The notes under the pieces: generated by a model | What the model saw: only the letters and a program-made list of their open reading frames with translations | Database searches by the model: none | What the model was told of the DNA's origin: nothing | Assembly: GCA_050949405.1 (NCBI GenBank) | Contig: JBMNFQ010000001.1 | Location: 355,506-419,505, forward strand | Source of the DNA: Limisphaerales bacterium | GTDB taxonomy: Bacteria; Verrucomicrobiota; Verrucomicrobiia; Limisphaerales; UBA1412 | Reading direction: 5' to 3' | Length of the DNA: 64,000 nt | In this document: one piece after another, positions 9,471 through 22,013 of the stretch | Layout of the letters: every line of letters begins with the position of its first letter | How positions within the stretch are numbered: position 1 is the stretch's first letter | Position numbers and translations under genes: made by a program

Positions 9471-11303
9471 TTAACTGTTCTGAATCGGAGGCTCCTCTGC
9501 CGGAGCTCCCTTTTTCAGGTTCAGGGAGAGGTGCAGGTCACGCAACTGCGCTTCCTCCACTTTGCCCGGTGATTGCGTCATCAGGCAGGCGCCTTTCATG
9601 GTTTTGGGGAAAGCGATGACATCGCGAATGCTGCTTGAGCCGCAAAGCATCGCTACCAGACGGTCAAAGCCAAGAGCGATCCCCCCATGCGGCGGCGCTC
9701 CATAGCGGAAGGCCTCCAGCAGATAACCGAAACGGCTCTGGACCAGCTCCGGCGATATCTTCAAGACCTCCTCAAAAATCGTCTTCTGCACATTGGGCTG
9801 ATGAATACGGATAGAGCCGCCTCCCAGCTCCACGCCGTTTACCACGATATCATAGTGCTGGCCGCGTACCTTTTTGGGGTCCTCCTTCAGCAGGGGGATA
9901 TCCTCGGTAACCGGCGCCGTAAAGGGGTGATGAGAGGAATACCAGCGGTCCATCTCTGTGTCATAGCTCATGAGAGGGAAATCGACCACCCAGAGGAAAT
10001 TAAACTGATCGACAGGTATCTGCAATTGCCCCTGCGCCTTGAGCAGCTCTGCGCAATAGAGACGTATCCGGCCCAGAATCTCACAGGCGCGCAGCCACTC
10101 CTTGTCAGCCGCGAAGAGAATCAAATCACCCTCCGCGATCGCGAGCTTCCGGGTGAGCGCCTCCTTCTCGGCTTCACTGAAGAACTTGGCGATGGGTGAC
10201 TTCCAGTTTCCGTTTTCCACCTTGATTGAGGCCAGCCCTTTGGCTCCCAGAGCGGTGGCGATTTCGGTCATCGTCTCCATCTGGCCCTGTGTCGCCCCGG
10301 CCAGTCCTTTGGCATTGATCGCCTTGACCACGCCGCCGGCGGCCACGGTGCCACTGAAGACCTTGAAAGCACTGGCTCGGAACTCCTCAGTAAAATCGGT
10401 CAGCTCCATCTCAAAGCGCGTATCGGGTTTATCGCTCCCCCAGCGGTTCATCACCTCTTCAAAGCTGATGCGCGGGAAAGGTGTGGCGATATCGAGATTG
10501 CGCGCCAGCTTCCAGACGCGCTTCAAAAGCCCCTCGATTAATGAGTAGATATCCTCCCGTTCGATGAAGCTCATCTCGATATCGAGCTGCGTGAACTCTG
10601 GCTGGCGGTCCGCCCGCAGGTCTTCATCCCGATAACAGCGCGCTAGTTGGAAGTACCTCTCCACGCCGCTCACCATCAATATCTGTTTGAACTGCTGCGG
10701 CGATTGCGGCAGCGCATAGAAATAGCCCGGCATGTTGCGGAACGGGACGATGAATTCCCGCGCCCCCTCCGGAGTCGATTTAAAAAGGGTCGGCGTCTCC
10801 ACCTCCAGGAACCCCTCCTGGTCCAGGAAGGCGCGCATCTCCACGGCGACCTTGCTGCGGAGGCGCAAATTGTTGAGCATCTCCGGCCGGCGCAAATCCA
10901 GATAGCGGTATTGAAGGCGGAGCTCCTCATTGACCTTGAGCGTCGTCTCGGAGTCATCAATTGGGAAAGGGAGGAGTGAGGCCTGGTTCAATATCTCGAG
11001 CGCTTCGGCCTCGACCTCGATTTCTCCGGTCGGGATACGGTCGGTCGGGTTATGGCCCGGCCGGCGCCTCACCTTGCCGCTCACGGCGATGACGCTTTCG
11101 CTGCGGAGGCTCTCGGCCACTTCAAAGAGCTGGGCCGACAGCTCTGAGGGGTCGAACACCGCCTGGGTGATCCCTTCGCGGTCACGGATATCGACAAAAA
11201 TCAGACCTCCCAGGTCACGGCGCAGATGGACCCAACCCATCAGGGTGACCCGTTCTCCGATATGTTGAGCCCTGAGCTCATTACAGTGATGTGTGCGTCT
11301 CAT
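9471..11303 (-). CDS. aspS: aspartate--tRNA ligase
   Basis: N-terminal OB-fold region RTHHCNELR...GWVHLRRDLGGLIFVDIRDREG. Class II motifs FRDEDLRADRQPEFTQLD, GGGSIRIH and GIALGFDRL. Confidence 0.93.
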   Translation of the reverse strand: MRRTHHCNELRAQHIGERVTLMGWVHLRRDLGGLIFVDIRDREGITQAVFDPSELSAQLFEVAESLRSESVIAVSGKVRRRPGHNPTDRIPTGEIEVEAEALEILNQASLLPFPIDDSETTLKVNEELRLQYRYLDLRRPEMLNNLRLRSKVAVEMRAFLDQEGFLEVETPTLFKSTPEGAREFIVPFRNMPGYFYALPQSPQQFKQILMVSGVERYFQLARCYRDEDLRADRQPEFTQLDIEMSFIEREDIYSLIEGLLKRVWKLARNLDIATPFPRISFEEVMNRWGSDKPDTRFEMELTDFTEEFRASAFKVFSGTVAAGGVVKAINAKGLAGATQGQMETMTEIATALGAKGLASIKVENGNWKSPIAKFFSEAEKEALTRKLAIAEGDLILFAADKEWLRACEILGRIRLYCAELLKAQGQLQIPVDQFNFLWVVDFPLMSYDTEMDRWYSSHHPFTAPVTEDIPLLKEDPKKVRGQHYDIVVNGVELGGGSIRIHQPNVQKTIFEEVLKISPELVQSRFGYLLEAFRYGAPPHGGIALGFDRLVAMLCGSSSIRDVIAFPKTMKGACLMTQSPGKVEEAQLRDLHLSLNLKKGAPAEEPPIQNS

Positions 11304-11676
11304 ATACGTTACGGTGTGGCGGGCAAGCGGGGCTCGCCCCTGTCTTCAATCAATTTACTAAATAAAAAGGAAAAACCTCAACGGGGAGGCTGTGGCCAAT
11401 GAAAATGGTCCTCTGGCTCCCCTTGCCGGCAGCGCGAATTCTCCCACACCTCACTCTGAAAGTCAATGCGCTGGCTTCACCTGGCCTCCCCTACTGTTTA
11501 AGAGACGGATGCTGCCGGAAAAATAGGATTCTCTTTGGCCGGTGGCTCTTGAGGTCTCTTTTGAAGAATGCTTTTTTGCCGCTGGGAGTTTATCGTTGAT
11601 TTTTGGTTTGGAATCCTTTACAAAAGAGGGGTGTGCGTCCCATCACCGGACGCATCTATTATAAAGTATACGAAAT

Positions 11677-12723
11677 ATGGCAGTTAAAGTTGCAATCAAT
11701 GGGTTCGGTCGTATCGGTCGCCTGGTGTTCCGTGCGCTCGCCGAACAGGGTCTTCTCGAAAAAGGTGTTGAGGTCGTTGCCGTGGGCGATATCGTCCCCG
11801 CTGACAACCTTTCTTATCTCCTCAAGTACGATTCCATTCAAGGTCGTTTTTGCGGCTCGGTGGAATTCAAACAATCCGCACCGGATAAAGACCCCGATAT
11901 TCTGGTGGTCAATGGCAAAGAAATCAAAGTGGTCAGCGCCAAGGACCCCTCCGGTCTTCCCTGGAAAGAGCTGGGCGTGGACGTCGTAATCGAATCGACC
12001 GGTCTCTTCACGGATGCCACCAAGGCCAAAGGCCATATCGATGCCGGTGCCAAGCGTGTCATCATCTCCGCTCCCGCCAAGAATGAAGACATTACCGTCG
12101 TCATGGGTGTGAACCACACGCTCTATGATCCTGCAAAGCATTTCATCGTCTCCAATGCCTCCTGCACCACCAACTGTCTGGCTCCGCTGGTCCATGTCCT
12201 CCTCAAGGAAGGCATCGGCATTGAAGAGGGGCTCATGACCACTGTTCATGCCTACACCGCGACACAGAAAACCGTGGATGGTCCCAGCCGCAAGGATTGG
12301 AAAGGCGGCCGCTCTGCAGCCATCAACATCATTCCTTCCACCACAGGCGCTGCCAAGGCTGTCGGGCTCGTTTGCCCCGAAGTCAAAGGCAAGCTGACCG
12401 GTATGGCCCTGCGCGTACCGACACCGACGGTCTCCGTGGTCGACCTGACCGTGAAGACAACCAAGTCAACCTCCTATGAAGAGATTTGCAGTCTGATGAA
12501 GAAAGCCAGCGAAACCTACCTCAAAGGCATTCTGGAAGTCACCAGTGACCAGGTGGTCTCCTCTGATTTCATCCATTGCACCATGTCTTCAATCTTCGAT
12601 GCCGGCTCCGGTATCGGCCTGAACGATACGTTCTTCAAGCTGATTAGCTGGTACGACAACGAGTGGGGTTACAGCTACCGCGTGGGCGATCTGCTCTCCT
12701 ACATGATTGAAAAGGGTATCTAA
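11677..12723 (+). CDS. gap: glyceraldehyde-3-phosphate dehydrogenase
   Basis: INGFGRIGR dinucleotide-binding motif, catalytic [12 protein letters not shown], and WYDNEWGYS. Confidence 0.93.
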   Translation: MAVKVAINGFGRIGRLVFRALAEQGLLEKGVEVVAVGDIVPADNLSYLLKYDSIQGRFCGSVEFKQSAPDKDPDILVVNGKEIKVVSAKDPSGLPWKELGVDVVIESTGLFTDATKAKGHIDAGAKRVIISAPAKNEDITVVMGVNHTLYDPAKHFIVSNASCTTNCLAPLVHVLLKEGIGIEEGLMTTVHAYTATQKTVDGPSRKDWKGGRSAAINIIPSTTGAAKAVGLVCPEVKGKLTGMALRVPTPTVSVVDLTVKTTKSTSYEEICSLMKKASETYLKGILEVTSDQVVSSDFIHCTMSSIFDAGSGIGLNDTFFKLISWYDNEWGYSYRVGDLLSYMIEKGI

Positions 12724-12768
12724 TCCACCCTGATTGAAAAACGTTTGCTCGCTTTTAAGAGCAAAGCA

Positions 12769-14638
12769 ATCGAGTAGGGGCTAGGGTTGCTAGCCCCTCT
12801 CACACCACCGGACGTGCCGTTCGGCATACGGCGGTTCAACGATATATTGGGGAACATTCCCGTTTTGTTCTTTGGTAGTAATAATATTGCAAACAGGATT
12901 CCAGGCCTCTCTCTTTGAGGATTTTCTGGCTGACTGCCCACACCAGACACGTCTTCCTGGCTATCCAGTAGTACCTGTCTCCACAGTATGAGGTTTGCTT
13001 TGCCAGATCTTTTCCTATTCCCAGTTTCATCAGGCCTCGTCTCCTTTTACTTGGTACTTTCCACTGCTTCCAGATAATTACTCTGACCATTGTGCGCAGA
13101 TGTTCATCTATCTGTTTAAGAATTGTTTTCATGCTTCCAAGGATGAAGTAATTTATCCATCCTCGGACAACGGAGTTGATTTTCTTGAACCTCGTTGTAA
13201 GGTCTATGCTCCAGTTGCGTTTACACAATTTCTTAAGAGTTCTTTTGAACTTTGCGACTGAGTCCTGATGAGGTCTTGCATCCCATGCTTTGTCTTTTGG
13301 ACTGTAGTAGAAGCCATAACCCAGGTATTTGAGTTTTCCTGGTCTGGTTATTTGGCTCTTGGTTGCGTTCACTTTTAATCCAAGTTTACGCTCTATCCAT
13401 CTGACGATGCTTTGCATGACCCTCTTTGCGCTGGCTTGGCTTCTTACTACTATGATGCAGTCATCGGCGTAGCGCGTAAAACGCAGGCCTCTGGATTCGA
13501 GTTCCTTATCCAGCTCGTGCAACATCACGTTGCTGAGTAAGGGCGAGAGGTTCCCTCCCTGAGGTGTCCCAAGAGGGGTCTGTTCATATACGCCTTTATT
13601 CATCACTCCAGCTTTCAGATACCTGCATATCAGTGATTCGGTATCCCCATCTCGAATGACTCTGCCAACGTAACTCATCAGCCTGTCTTGTGGTACGTTA
13701 TCGAAGAATTTCTCCAAATCGATGTCCACTATCCAACCATATCCATCATTGATGTATTCTTTGAGCTTCCTGATTGCCTGATGGCAACTTCTGCCGGGTC
13801 GGAACCCGTAGCTGGAGTCGCTGAACATGGGATCAAAGATGGGGGTCAGAACCTGTACTATCGCTTGCTCGATAACTCGATCGATAACCGTAGGAATCCC
13901 CAGTTTGCGCACTCCGCCGTTGGGTTTGGGTATTTCAACCCTTAACACCGGTTGTGGCCAGTACTCTCTATTTCGGAGCTGGTTCCTGATTTCTACCCAA
14001 TGAGCTCTCATATAACTCTCGAGCTCATCGACTGTAACTTTATCAACGCCGCCTGCACCCCCGTTGGCATATACCTTCCGGACGGCCAAGGCGATGTTGA
14101 AGTCACTTGTTATTCTGTCCAGTAATTCGGACATGTTCTCTGCCTTTCTACTTATCTGCCTCCTTGACGAGCATCCTAAGTTGTGCAGCTTCCCTTCTCT
14201 TACGCTTCAGGGGTGCCTGCTGTCAGATTCCCTTCTCGGAGCATCCTTCTCGATTGACATCTATCGTTGTTCGGTCCTTCCCGGCTTGGCCGGTACTATG
14301 ACCTCTGCTGACTCCTTATCATTCGTTGTTACTACGACTAACAATCCATTTTTTTACTATCGCTGATAAGGCCTCACGGGATAAGTCATAGGTCTTTCCT
14401 CGTTTACTCACATGGTTTACGCATTAAAGTTACGGTTACCTTTTGGACTTCGTTGCCTTTTGCCAACTTATCCGTTTAATACGCCTTCGTACCAAGTTTC
14501 TTTTCGTTGAGCCACGATTTCGCTATCTCTTCTTTTCACCCCTTATCACTAAGTAAGGCTTTGAGAGTCGCTATCGAGTTCGTCGGTAACTACGCCTCTT
14601 GGGACTTTCACCCAAGACCTATAACATGCCCGTCATAC
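12769..14638 (-). mobile_element. group II intron, copy A (class C-like, 1,870 nt)
   Basis: The 5' end GTATGAC (minus strand, at 14638) directly follows a terminator hairpin and T-run. About 500 nt of structured RNA precede the RT ORF. A domain V-like hairpin (ACCGCCGUAUGCC-GAAC-GGCACGUCCGGUGGU, CGC in place of AGC) and a short domain VI (GGGGCUAG..CUAGCCCC-UACUCGAU) lie at the 3' end. Boundaries were set by comparison with copy B. Confidence 0.85.
12836..14134 (-). CDS. group II intron reverse transcriptase/maturase (no endonuclease domain)
   Basis: RT blocks including RFTRYADDCIIVV (YADD). Maturase X-domain RGWINYF. At 432 aa there is no room for a C-terminal HNH/En domain. Confidence 0.9.
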   Translation of the reverse strand: MSELLDRITSDFNIALAVRKVYANGGAGGVDKVTVDELESYMRAHWVEIRNQLRNREYWPQPVLRVEIPKPNGGVRKLGIPTVIDRVIEQAIVQVLTPIFDPMFSDSSYGFRPGRSCHQAIRKLKEYINDGYGWIVDIDLEKFFDNVPQDRLMSYVGRVIRDGDTESLICRYLKAGVMNKGVYEQTPLGTPQGGNLSPLLSNVMLHELDKELESRGLRFTRYADDCIIVVRSQASAKRVMQSIVRWIERKLGLKVNATKSQITRPGKLKYLGYGFYYSPKDKAWDARPHQDSVAKFKRTLKKLCKRNWSIDLTTRFKKINSVVRGWINYFILGSMKTILKQIDEHLRTMVRVIIWKQWKVPSKRRRGLMKLGIGKDLAKQTSYCGDRYYWIARKTCLVWAVSQKILKERGLESCLQYYYYQRTKRECSPIYR

Positions 14639-14675
14639 AAAAAAGAGAGTATCTGCAACAGGTACTCTCTTTTGT
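14639..14675. terminator. bidirectional terminator used as intron A insertion site
   Basis: AGAGAGTA..TACTCTCT hairpin (14644-14670) with an A-run on one side and TTTTG on the other. Lies between convergent gap and the TIM-barrel gene. Confidence 0.75.
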
Positions 14676-14720
14676 TATTCACCCCGGGCGCCGAAGCACC
14701 GCGGATGGCAGTAGTATTTA

Positions 14721-15689
14721 CTAGAGCTTGAACGCTTTTCTCAGCATGGCGATGCTCTTGGGCACGGCCGTGGCGGCATCTTCCTTGCCTTCAAATTCCA
14801 GTCCGACGTAGCCCGAGTAACCGGCATCGGTCACAATCTGGGCGATACGGTCATAGTCCAGCTCCAGCGTATACCACTCGCCGCCGCCATAATAGGTTTT
14901 GGCGTGCATATAACCGATGCGGGGAGCCAGCATGGCGATCTTGTCATAGGGGTCCTCCAGGAAGTTGCCCGTATCGCACATCATCCCCAGCCACGGTGAA
15001 TTGACGGCATCGACAATCCGGATAACGCCCTCGGGCGTGGAGGTCAGCCCCCAGTGGTTTTCCAGGTTGAGCACGACGCCGCACTCCTCGGCCTTGGGGA
15101 TGCACTCGCCAATGCAATCGATACACATCTGGAACGCGTCATCAAGGGTGTAGCCCGGAATCGGCGGCTCAATCCCACGCGCCTCCATCAGCGCGTCAAA
15201 AGATTTAATCGTATTCCAGCGGCCGCTGTTCAGCCGAATGGAGGGAATCCCCATCGCATAGGCCAGCTCGATGCAATGCTTCGTATGCTCCACATTTCTT
15301 TTGAGCACCTCTTTGTCGGTATAGACGAAGCCCTGGTGAATGGAGAGAGCGCACAGGTCCACACCGGCATGGAAGGCATGGCGTTTCAAGTTGTTGATGT
15401 ACGATTTCTCCTCGCTCTCCATCTGCCGGTGCAGCACTTCGACCGCCACGCCGAGCTCCCCCGCATGGGTGATCACATCCTCCATTGGATACTTCGTCGG
15501 TTTGAAATGCCAGTAGCAGTAACTGGAGACCGCCAGCTTGACCGGTGCGACCGGCTTGCCGTTGGCCGATTTGGAGCCAAGAAGTTTTTGGGCACCCTTA
15601 CTCTGAGCCCCCGCCAGTGAAGGCAATGCCAGCCCGGCCGTACCGGCCAGAGCTGTTGCCAGAAAGTTTCTGCGTGATTGTTTCATCAT
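14721..15689 (-). CDS. TAT-exported sugar phosphate isomerase/epimerase-like (xylose-isomerase-like TIM barrel) protein
   Basis: Twin-arginine signal MMKQSRRNFLATALAGTAGLALPSLAGA. TIM-barrel family pattern (SIRLNSGRW, NLENHWG, DTGNF). Confidence 0.7.
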   Translation of the reverse strand: MMKQSRRNFLATALAGTAGLALPSLAGAQSKGAQKLLGSKSANGKPVAPVKLAVSSYCYWHFKPTKYPMEDVITHAGELGVAVEVLHRQMESEEKSYINNLKRHAFHAGVDLCALSIHQGFVYTDKEVLKRNVEHTKHCIELAYAMGIPSIRLNSGRWNTIKSFDALMEARGIEPPIPGYTLDDAFQMCIDCIGECIPKAEECGVVLNLENHWGLTSTPEGVIRIVDAVNSPWLGMMCDTGNFLEDPYDKIAMLAPRIGYMHAKTYYGGGEWYTLELDYDRIAQIVTDAGYSGYVGLEFEGKEDAATAVPKSIAMLRKAFKL

Positions 15690-15779
15690 ATCTCTTTCTC
15701 TTATCTCTTTGTTGAAATTTATAAATCTAACGCATCAAGTCTAGCCGATTCGGAACCGGAAGACAAACCGGAAAAAGGC

Positions 15780-15862
15780 AAAAAAAAGGAGCTGGTTTGT
15801 TGGAAGCTACACCCGTAGCCCCCTAAGATTCAAACAACGAAATCAATATAAAACAAACCAGC
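15780..15862 (-). terminator. putative terminator with a long, branched stem-loop
   Basis: An 11-bp outer stem GCTGGTTTGTT/AACAAACCAGC (15791-15801/15852-15862) encloses an inner hairpin GCTAC-ACCC-GTAGC. On the minus strand it is followed by TCC plus T8. The loop is unusually long for a simple terminator. Confidence 0.45.
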
Positions 15863-15940
15863 CGTCCTCTTTATATCTTCCAAAATCAATTTGTCCAACC
15901 TTTTTTTGAAAAACAACCGAAGCCTCAAAAAAGTGAGCGC

Positions 15941-16822
15941 TTAGGGCTCCTTGACCTTCCAGGCCTCTCCACCCTCCTCAGAGGCCGCCTCCAGCTCCCG
16001 ATAATTCCCAAAGGAGATATCCACTTTGGAAATCAGATGGCCGCCGGTCTTATTGGCCAGCACCTTGACCAGGTTGCTGAGCTCCAGGGCCGCATTGCGT
16101 CGGGCCAGCGCGAGATTCTCCGGTGCGCTGGCCTCCGCGACCACCAGCTCGCGCAGCTTGCCGCGCATCTCGGCATGAATCCTCTGGGTCGTGCCGCTGA
16201 ACCAGTCGGTCAGCCGGTCATAGAACCCCTTTTCAGTCATAATCCAGATTTTGGTGGGGTCGGTCTGCACCTCGATCAACCCCTCATCCAGCCGCAGCTC
16301 CGGCAAAAAGAGGCTCAGCTTGCCCGACTCCTCGTCATAGAGAATATCGTTGGAGGTCAGATTGCTCAGGGTGACGCAATACTGGACGCGGTTATCGCGG
16401 GCGACCATTCGGAGCGTGGTCTCGTCACGCAGTTTGCCCAGCTTGTTAAAAATCGGAATTTCGGTAAGGACAGGCGGCAACGGCAACCCGCGCTGAACCC
16501 GCCACTCCTCCACCACGCAGATACTCATCCGGGCCACGATGACCTGCACCTCCGTGCGAAGATTCTCCACGAAGGCGCCGCTGCGAAAAAACTCCTTCTT
16601 TGCCGCCCCGGGCATCAGAACCCCCTTCAACGCCCCCAGCAGCAAGCGCCCCAGGAAGAGCCCGCCGGCCACGGTCAAAATGAAAAGCGGCAGCAGGAAC
16701 CCCTCCACCCCTTTGCGATGGAGGAGGCTTCCCGCGACGATCATCCCCAAATACCAGCCCAGGTTGAGGAGCCAAAAGAGCTTCAGCTTCCACGGGCGGT
16801 CCTTCTTCTCTAAATATTTCAC
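15941..16822 (-). CDS. hypothetical membrane protein (possibly DUF4230-like)
   Basis: Two or three N-terminal TM segments followed by a soluble domain. The family assignment is a weak recollection only. Confidence 0.35.
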   Translation of the reverse strand: MKYLEKKDRPWKLKLFWLLNLGWYLGMIVAGSLLHRKGVEGFLLPLFILTVAGGLFLGRLLLGALKGVLMPGAAKKEFFRSGAFVENLRTEVQVIVARMSICVVEEWRVQRGLPLPPVLTEIPIFNKLGKLRDETTLRMVARDNRVQYCVTLSNLTSNDILYDEESGKLSLFLPELRLDEGLIEVQTDPTKIWIMTEKGFYDRLTDWFSGTTQRIHAEMRGKLRELVVAEASAPENLALARRNAALELSNLVKVLANKTGGHLISKVDISFGNYRELEAASEEGGEAWKVKEP

Positions 16823-16873
16823 GATTTAATGGCGGAGCCCCCTCTTGCCGGAGCGCTCCCTTCCAGAGCGCTG

Positions 16874-19477
<2,604 letters not shown>

Positions 19478-19683
19478 TTATTTTGAAACGCTTGCTAAAA
19501 TTTTTCCAACGATTCAAAGAAAGAATGTTGGCAGCAAACGCCCCTCAAAACAAGCCTTTTCGATTTTGAGGCAACACGCATATCCGGATCTACTTCTGCA
19601 TGATATCGGGGCGTTCATTTCTTTTCCTTCACTCTGAACTTCTGATCTGCTTTTCGGGGTCACTATCATCCATCGCTTTCTTT

Positions 19684-20403
19684 TCATTGATGATGTTCTT
19701 TAGAGGTTGATTCTTGCTCGGCGATATCCTTAAGAATATTTTGGGCTACTTTTCTCACCATTTCCTCATTATTTTCGTCTTTGGCTATCTCTTCTAAAGC
19801 GGCCAAAAAACTTTTATCAGAGCAAGAGAATTCACGATAAACTTGCGCTGAGAGTTTGATGAATGCCACACGCATGATAGCATTGGTTTCTTTCGTAAAA
19901 CGGTCCATCAAGATCGAAATGCTTTCTTCAGGATCAGTGCAATATCTGGCCACTCCAACAATGCCATAAATTCTCAGGTCTTCATTCCCGAGAAGTGAAA
20001 CGGACGCAGCATGAACAGCTTTTGAAAGTTCAGGACTCGGTTCCCAACCCTCAATTGTATTCCTGCATCCAACAAGAGCGAGAGTAACTGCCAGCCGGAT
20101 ATTTTCGTCAGGATGATTGAGAGCTTCCTCCAGATAGGGCATCCCTAAGGTCCCGCAATTTAACAGCCCATAAATGGCTGCTACAAAATTTCGGCCTGGA
20201 TTTAAATTGGTAACAAATTCAGGGATAATCGGTTCCATATCTTTGCCTAAAAGGCCGAATACAATCAGTAAATTTTGGAAACGTCTTCCTACGTCTTTAT
20301 CCAACGCCCACGGATAATCCATTTTAGCAATTTTGTATGAATTCATCTCCTCTACCACACAGGTCAGCACATTCGTCCCCATCGCCTGTAAATCTTCTTT
20401 CAC
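19684..20403 (-). CDS. hypothetical HEAT/ARM-like repeat protein (GTG start)
   Basis: Repeated helical units (e.g. HPDENIRLAVTLALVG, NAIMRVAFIKL). AT-rich. Its GTG start overlaps the stop of the upstream small lipoprotein ORF (GTGA). Confidence 0.45.
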   Translation of the reverse strand: MKEDLQAMGTNVLTCVVEEMNSYKIAKMDYPWALDKDVGRRFQNLLIVFGLLGKDMEPIIPEFVTNLNPGRNFVAAIYGLLNCGTLGMPYLEEALNHPDENIRLAVTLALVGCRNTIEGWEPSPELSKAVHAASVSLLGNEDLRIYGIVGVARYCTDPEESISILMDRFTKETNAIMRVAFIKLSAQVYREFSCSDKSFLAALEEIAKDENNEEMVRKVAQNILKDIAEQESTSKEHHQ

Positions 20404-20561
20404 TTGGTCTGATATTTTTTAATCTCTTCGGGAGAGAGATTTGTTGTGGGCGTATCAAACTGGCTGAAAATCTCTTTGAATGGTCCAGAATATGTTTCTG
20501 CGTTTTTGCTGCATCCTTGCAGAAGCGCTAACGCAATTAGTAAGTATAATATATGTTTCAT
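20400..20561 (-). CDS. small putative lipoprotein (53 aa, below the ORF-track size cut-off)
   Basis: My minus-strand translation is MKHILYLLIALALLQGCSKNAETYSGPFKEIFSQFDTPTTNLSPEEIKKYQTK. It has a lipobox LLQGC. A 4-nt GTGA overlap with the next gene suggests translational coupling. Confidence 0.4.
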   Translation of the reverse strand: MKHILYLLIALALLQGCSKNAETYSGPFKEIFSQFDTPTTNLSPEEIKKYQTK

Positions 20562-20597
20562 TTATTTTTAAACTTAAAATATTAAAACTATTTATTT

Positions 20598-21035
20598 TTA
20601 TTTATAATATTTTTTCAAAACGAGAAGAGCGATGCTACAAACTATAAATCCATATATTGAAAAAATTAAAATAATTATTAACATTAAAGCAATAAAATAG
20701 AATTTATATTTATTTCTAATATTTATAATTTCATATCCAATTCCGATCAGGAAGCCGAAAAAGAAAAATTGCGCCCCTCCAAAAATAAAGTGAAATGTCA
20801 GGTATTCATTAGGATATACAATCTCGGTCAACCTTCCGTAGATAGCAATAAATCTATCCATCAGGATACTTATCGGAAAATCCATCGTCTGAAGGCCCGG
20901 CCACAACACTCCCAGTTCGATGTTACGTCTGCTTACATGCCAAAGTTCCCACACTAGAAGACTATGAAAAACAAATAAAATCAACCCACACATCATTAGC
21001 AGGTTAAAAATTTTATTCCAAAGTTTCATTTTCAT
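20598..21035 (-). CDS. hypothetical integral membrane protein (about 4 TM)
   Basis: Very AT-rich 145-aa ORF with four hydrophobic segments. No family recognised. Confidence 0.45.
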   Translation of the reverse strand: MKMKLWNKIFNLLMMCGLILFVFHSLLVWELWHVSRRNIELGVLWPGLQTMDFPISILMDRFIAIYGRLTEIVYPNEYLTFHFIFGGAQFFFFGFLIGIGYEIINIRNKYKFYFIALMLIIILIFSIYGFIVCSIALLVLKKYYK

Positions 21036-21079
21036 TTTTTACAGATTACTTTCAGGTCACATACCTTCAAGTTTACCAC
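21035..21079 (-). promoter_or_regulatory. 45-nt promoter-like element, copy 1
   Basis: The minus strand reads GTGGTAAACTTGAAGGTATGTGACCTGAAAGTAATCTGTAAAAAA. A TTGAAG - 16 nt - TAATCT arrangement abuts the ATG of the 145-aa gene. 42/45 identical to copy 2. Confidence 0.4.
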
Positions 21080-21083
21080 CCAG

Positions 21084-21719
21084 TCATTCTAATGATCCGT
21101 CTGTTATAAGTGTGTTTGTTCTTAGCATATCATCTACGGTTTGAAATACATTCGTATCTAGCGGGTAGTCTTCTTTCCAGTCGGGAACGCCAAATATGCG
21201 TTCATGATCCTTGATAAAACTTTCTAAATGATTATTTTTAGAAAAGCGCTTAATTACTTCATAATAATTACTTGATTTTAATTTTTCATAAGCTAAGTTT
21301 GTTTCACCCATGTGTAAATAATAATACCCAAGAACTCCGTTCCAATTTTCAATATGATCGTTAACAACCAAAGAGCCGACCATTATTAGCGGTTCATAAT
21401 CAAATTTTGTTCGATTTTTTCTTCCCTGAATATTTCCCATACCAATATAACCGACTTGCATAGGATGAGGTTTTTCTAATATTAGACGATTAGTTTCCAA
21501 AAAAGAAATAAAATTCGTAATTGCTTCAACACCTTCCAGCAATGATCCATACACGACACTGTAACAAGTGTCAGATTTTTTTTCTTCATATAACATGGAT
21601 AGAGCCATTTCTTTTTTAGCTTTCTGGTGACGCAGAATAGCAGAAACTCCAATTATAACAAGAATAAATATTAATATTGTTAATATTTTTTTGTTAAAAA
21701 ATCTACTTATTTTATTCAT
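21084..21719 (-). CDS. hypothetical membrane-anchored protein
   Basis: 211-aa AT-rich ORF with one N-terminal TM segment (ILTILIFILVIIGVSAIL). No family recognised. Confidence 0.45.
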   Translation of the reverse strand: MNKISRFFNKKILTILIFILVIIGVSAILRHQKAKKEMALSMLYEEKKSDTCYSVVYGSLLEGVEAITNFISFLETNRLILEKPHPMQVGYIGMGNIQGRKNRTKFDYEPLIMVGSLVVNDHIENWNGVLGYYYLHMGETNLAYEKLKSSNYYEVIKRFSKNNHLESFIKDHERIFGVPDWKEDYPLDTNVFQTVDDMLRTNTLITDGSLE

Positions 21720-21968
21720 AATGCTGGATGCCTTCCTCTTTTACATGCTCCCTTACATATTCAATTTCAGCGCTCTTAGTTTCATCTTTATTAATAAAGT
21801 CATCCAGACTTTGGTAATAATAGTTCATCGTCCCGCTACTCCATAAATCGTCATGGAAAGGATATTATCTATCCCCGGGCCATACCTGCTGGTGAGAGCG
21901 ACATTCACAACTAATTTTTTCCAAGAAACCTTCCTTGAAAGTAACAGAAAAAAACTTTCCTACAATCT

Positions 21969-22013
21969 TTTTTTGCAGATTACTTTCAGGTCATATACCT
22001 TCAAGTTTGCCAC
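21969..22013 (-). promoter_or_regulatory. 45-nt promoter-like element, copy 2
   Basis: The minus strand reads GTGGCAAACTTGAAGGTATATGACCTGAAAGTAATCTGCAAAAAA. It lies just downstream of the 627-aa gene's stop and upstream of a region with only short ORFs. Confidence 0.35.

Noticed and set aside
11304-11676. 373-nt divergent intergenic region between aspS and gap as a possible ncRNA or tRNA locus
   Set aside because: I found no tRNA-like T-arm (GTTCRAnnC) or cloverleaf, no riboswitch core I recognise, and only short hairpins. It is most simply two divergent promoter/leader regions. A cmscan would be needed to exclude small RNAs.
12836-14134. The reverse transcriptase genes (also 54052..55350) as a possible retron, DGR or defence-associated RT
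   Set aside because: Both RTs sit inside complete group II intron RNAs. Each has a 5' GTATG, about 500 nt of upstream structured RNA, domain V/VI-like hairpins at the 3' end, and a maturase X-domain. There is no msr/msd-like repeat pair, no template/variable repeat pair, and no adjacent effector gene.
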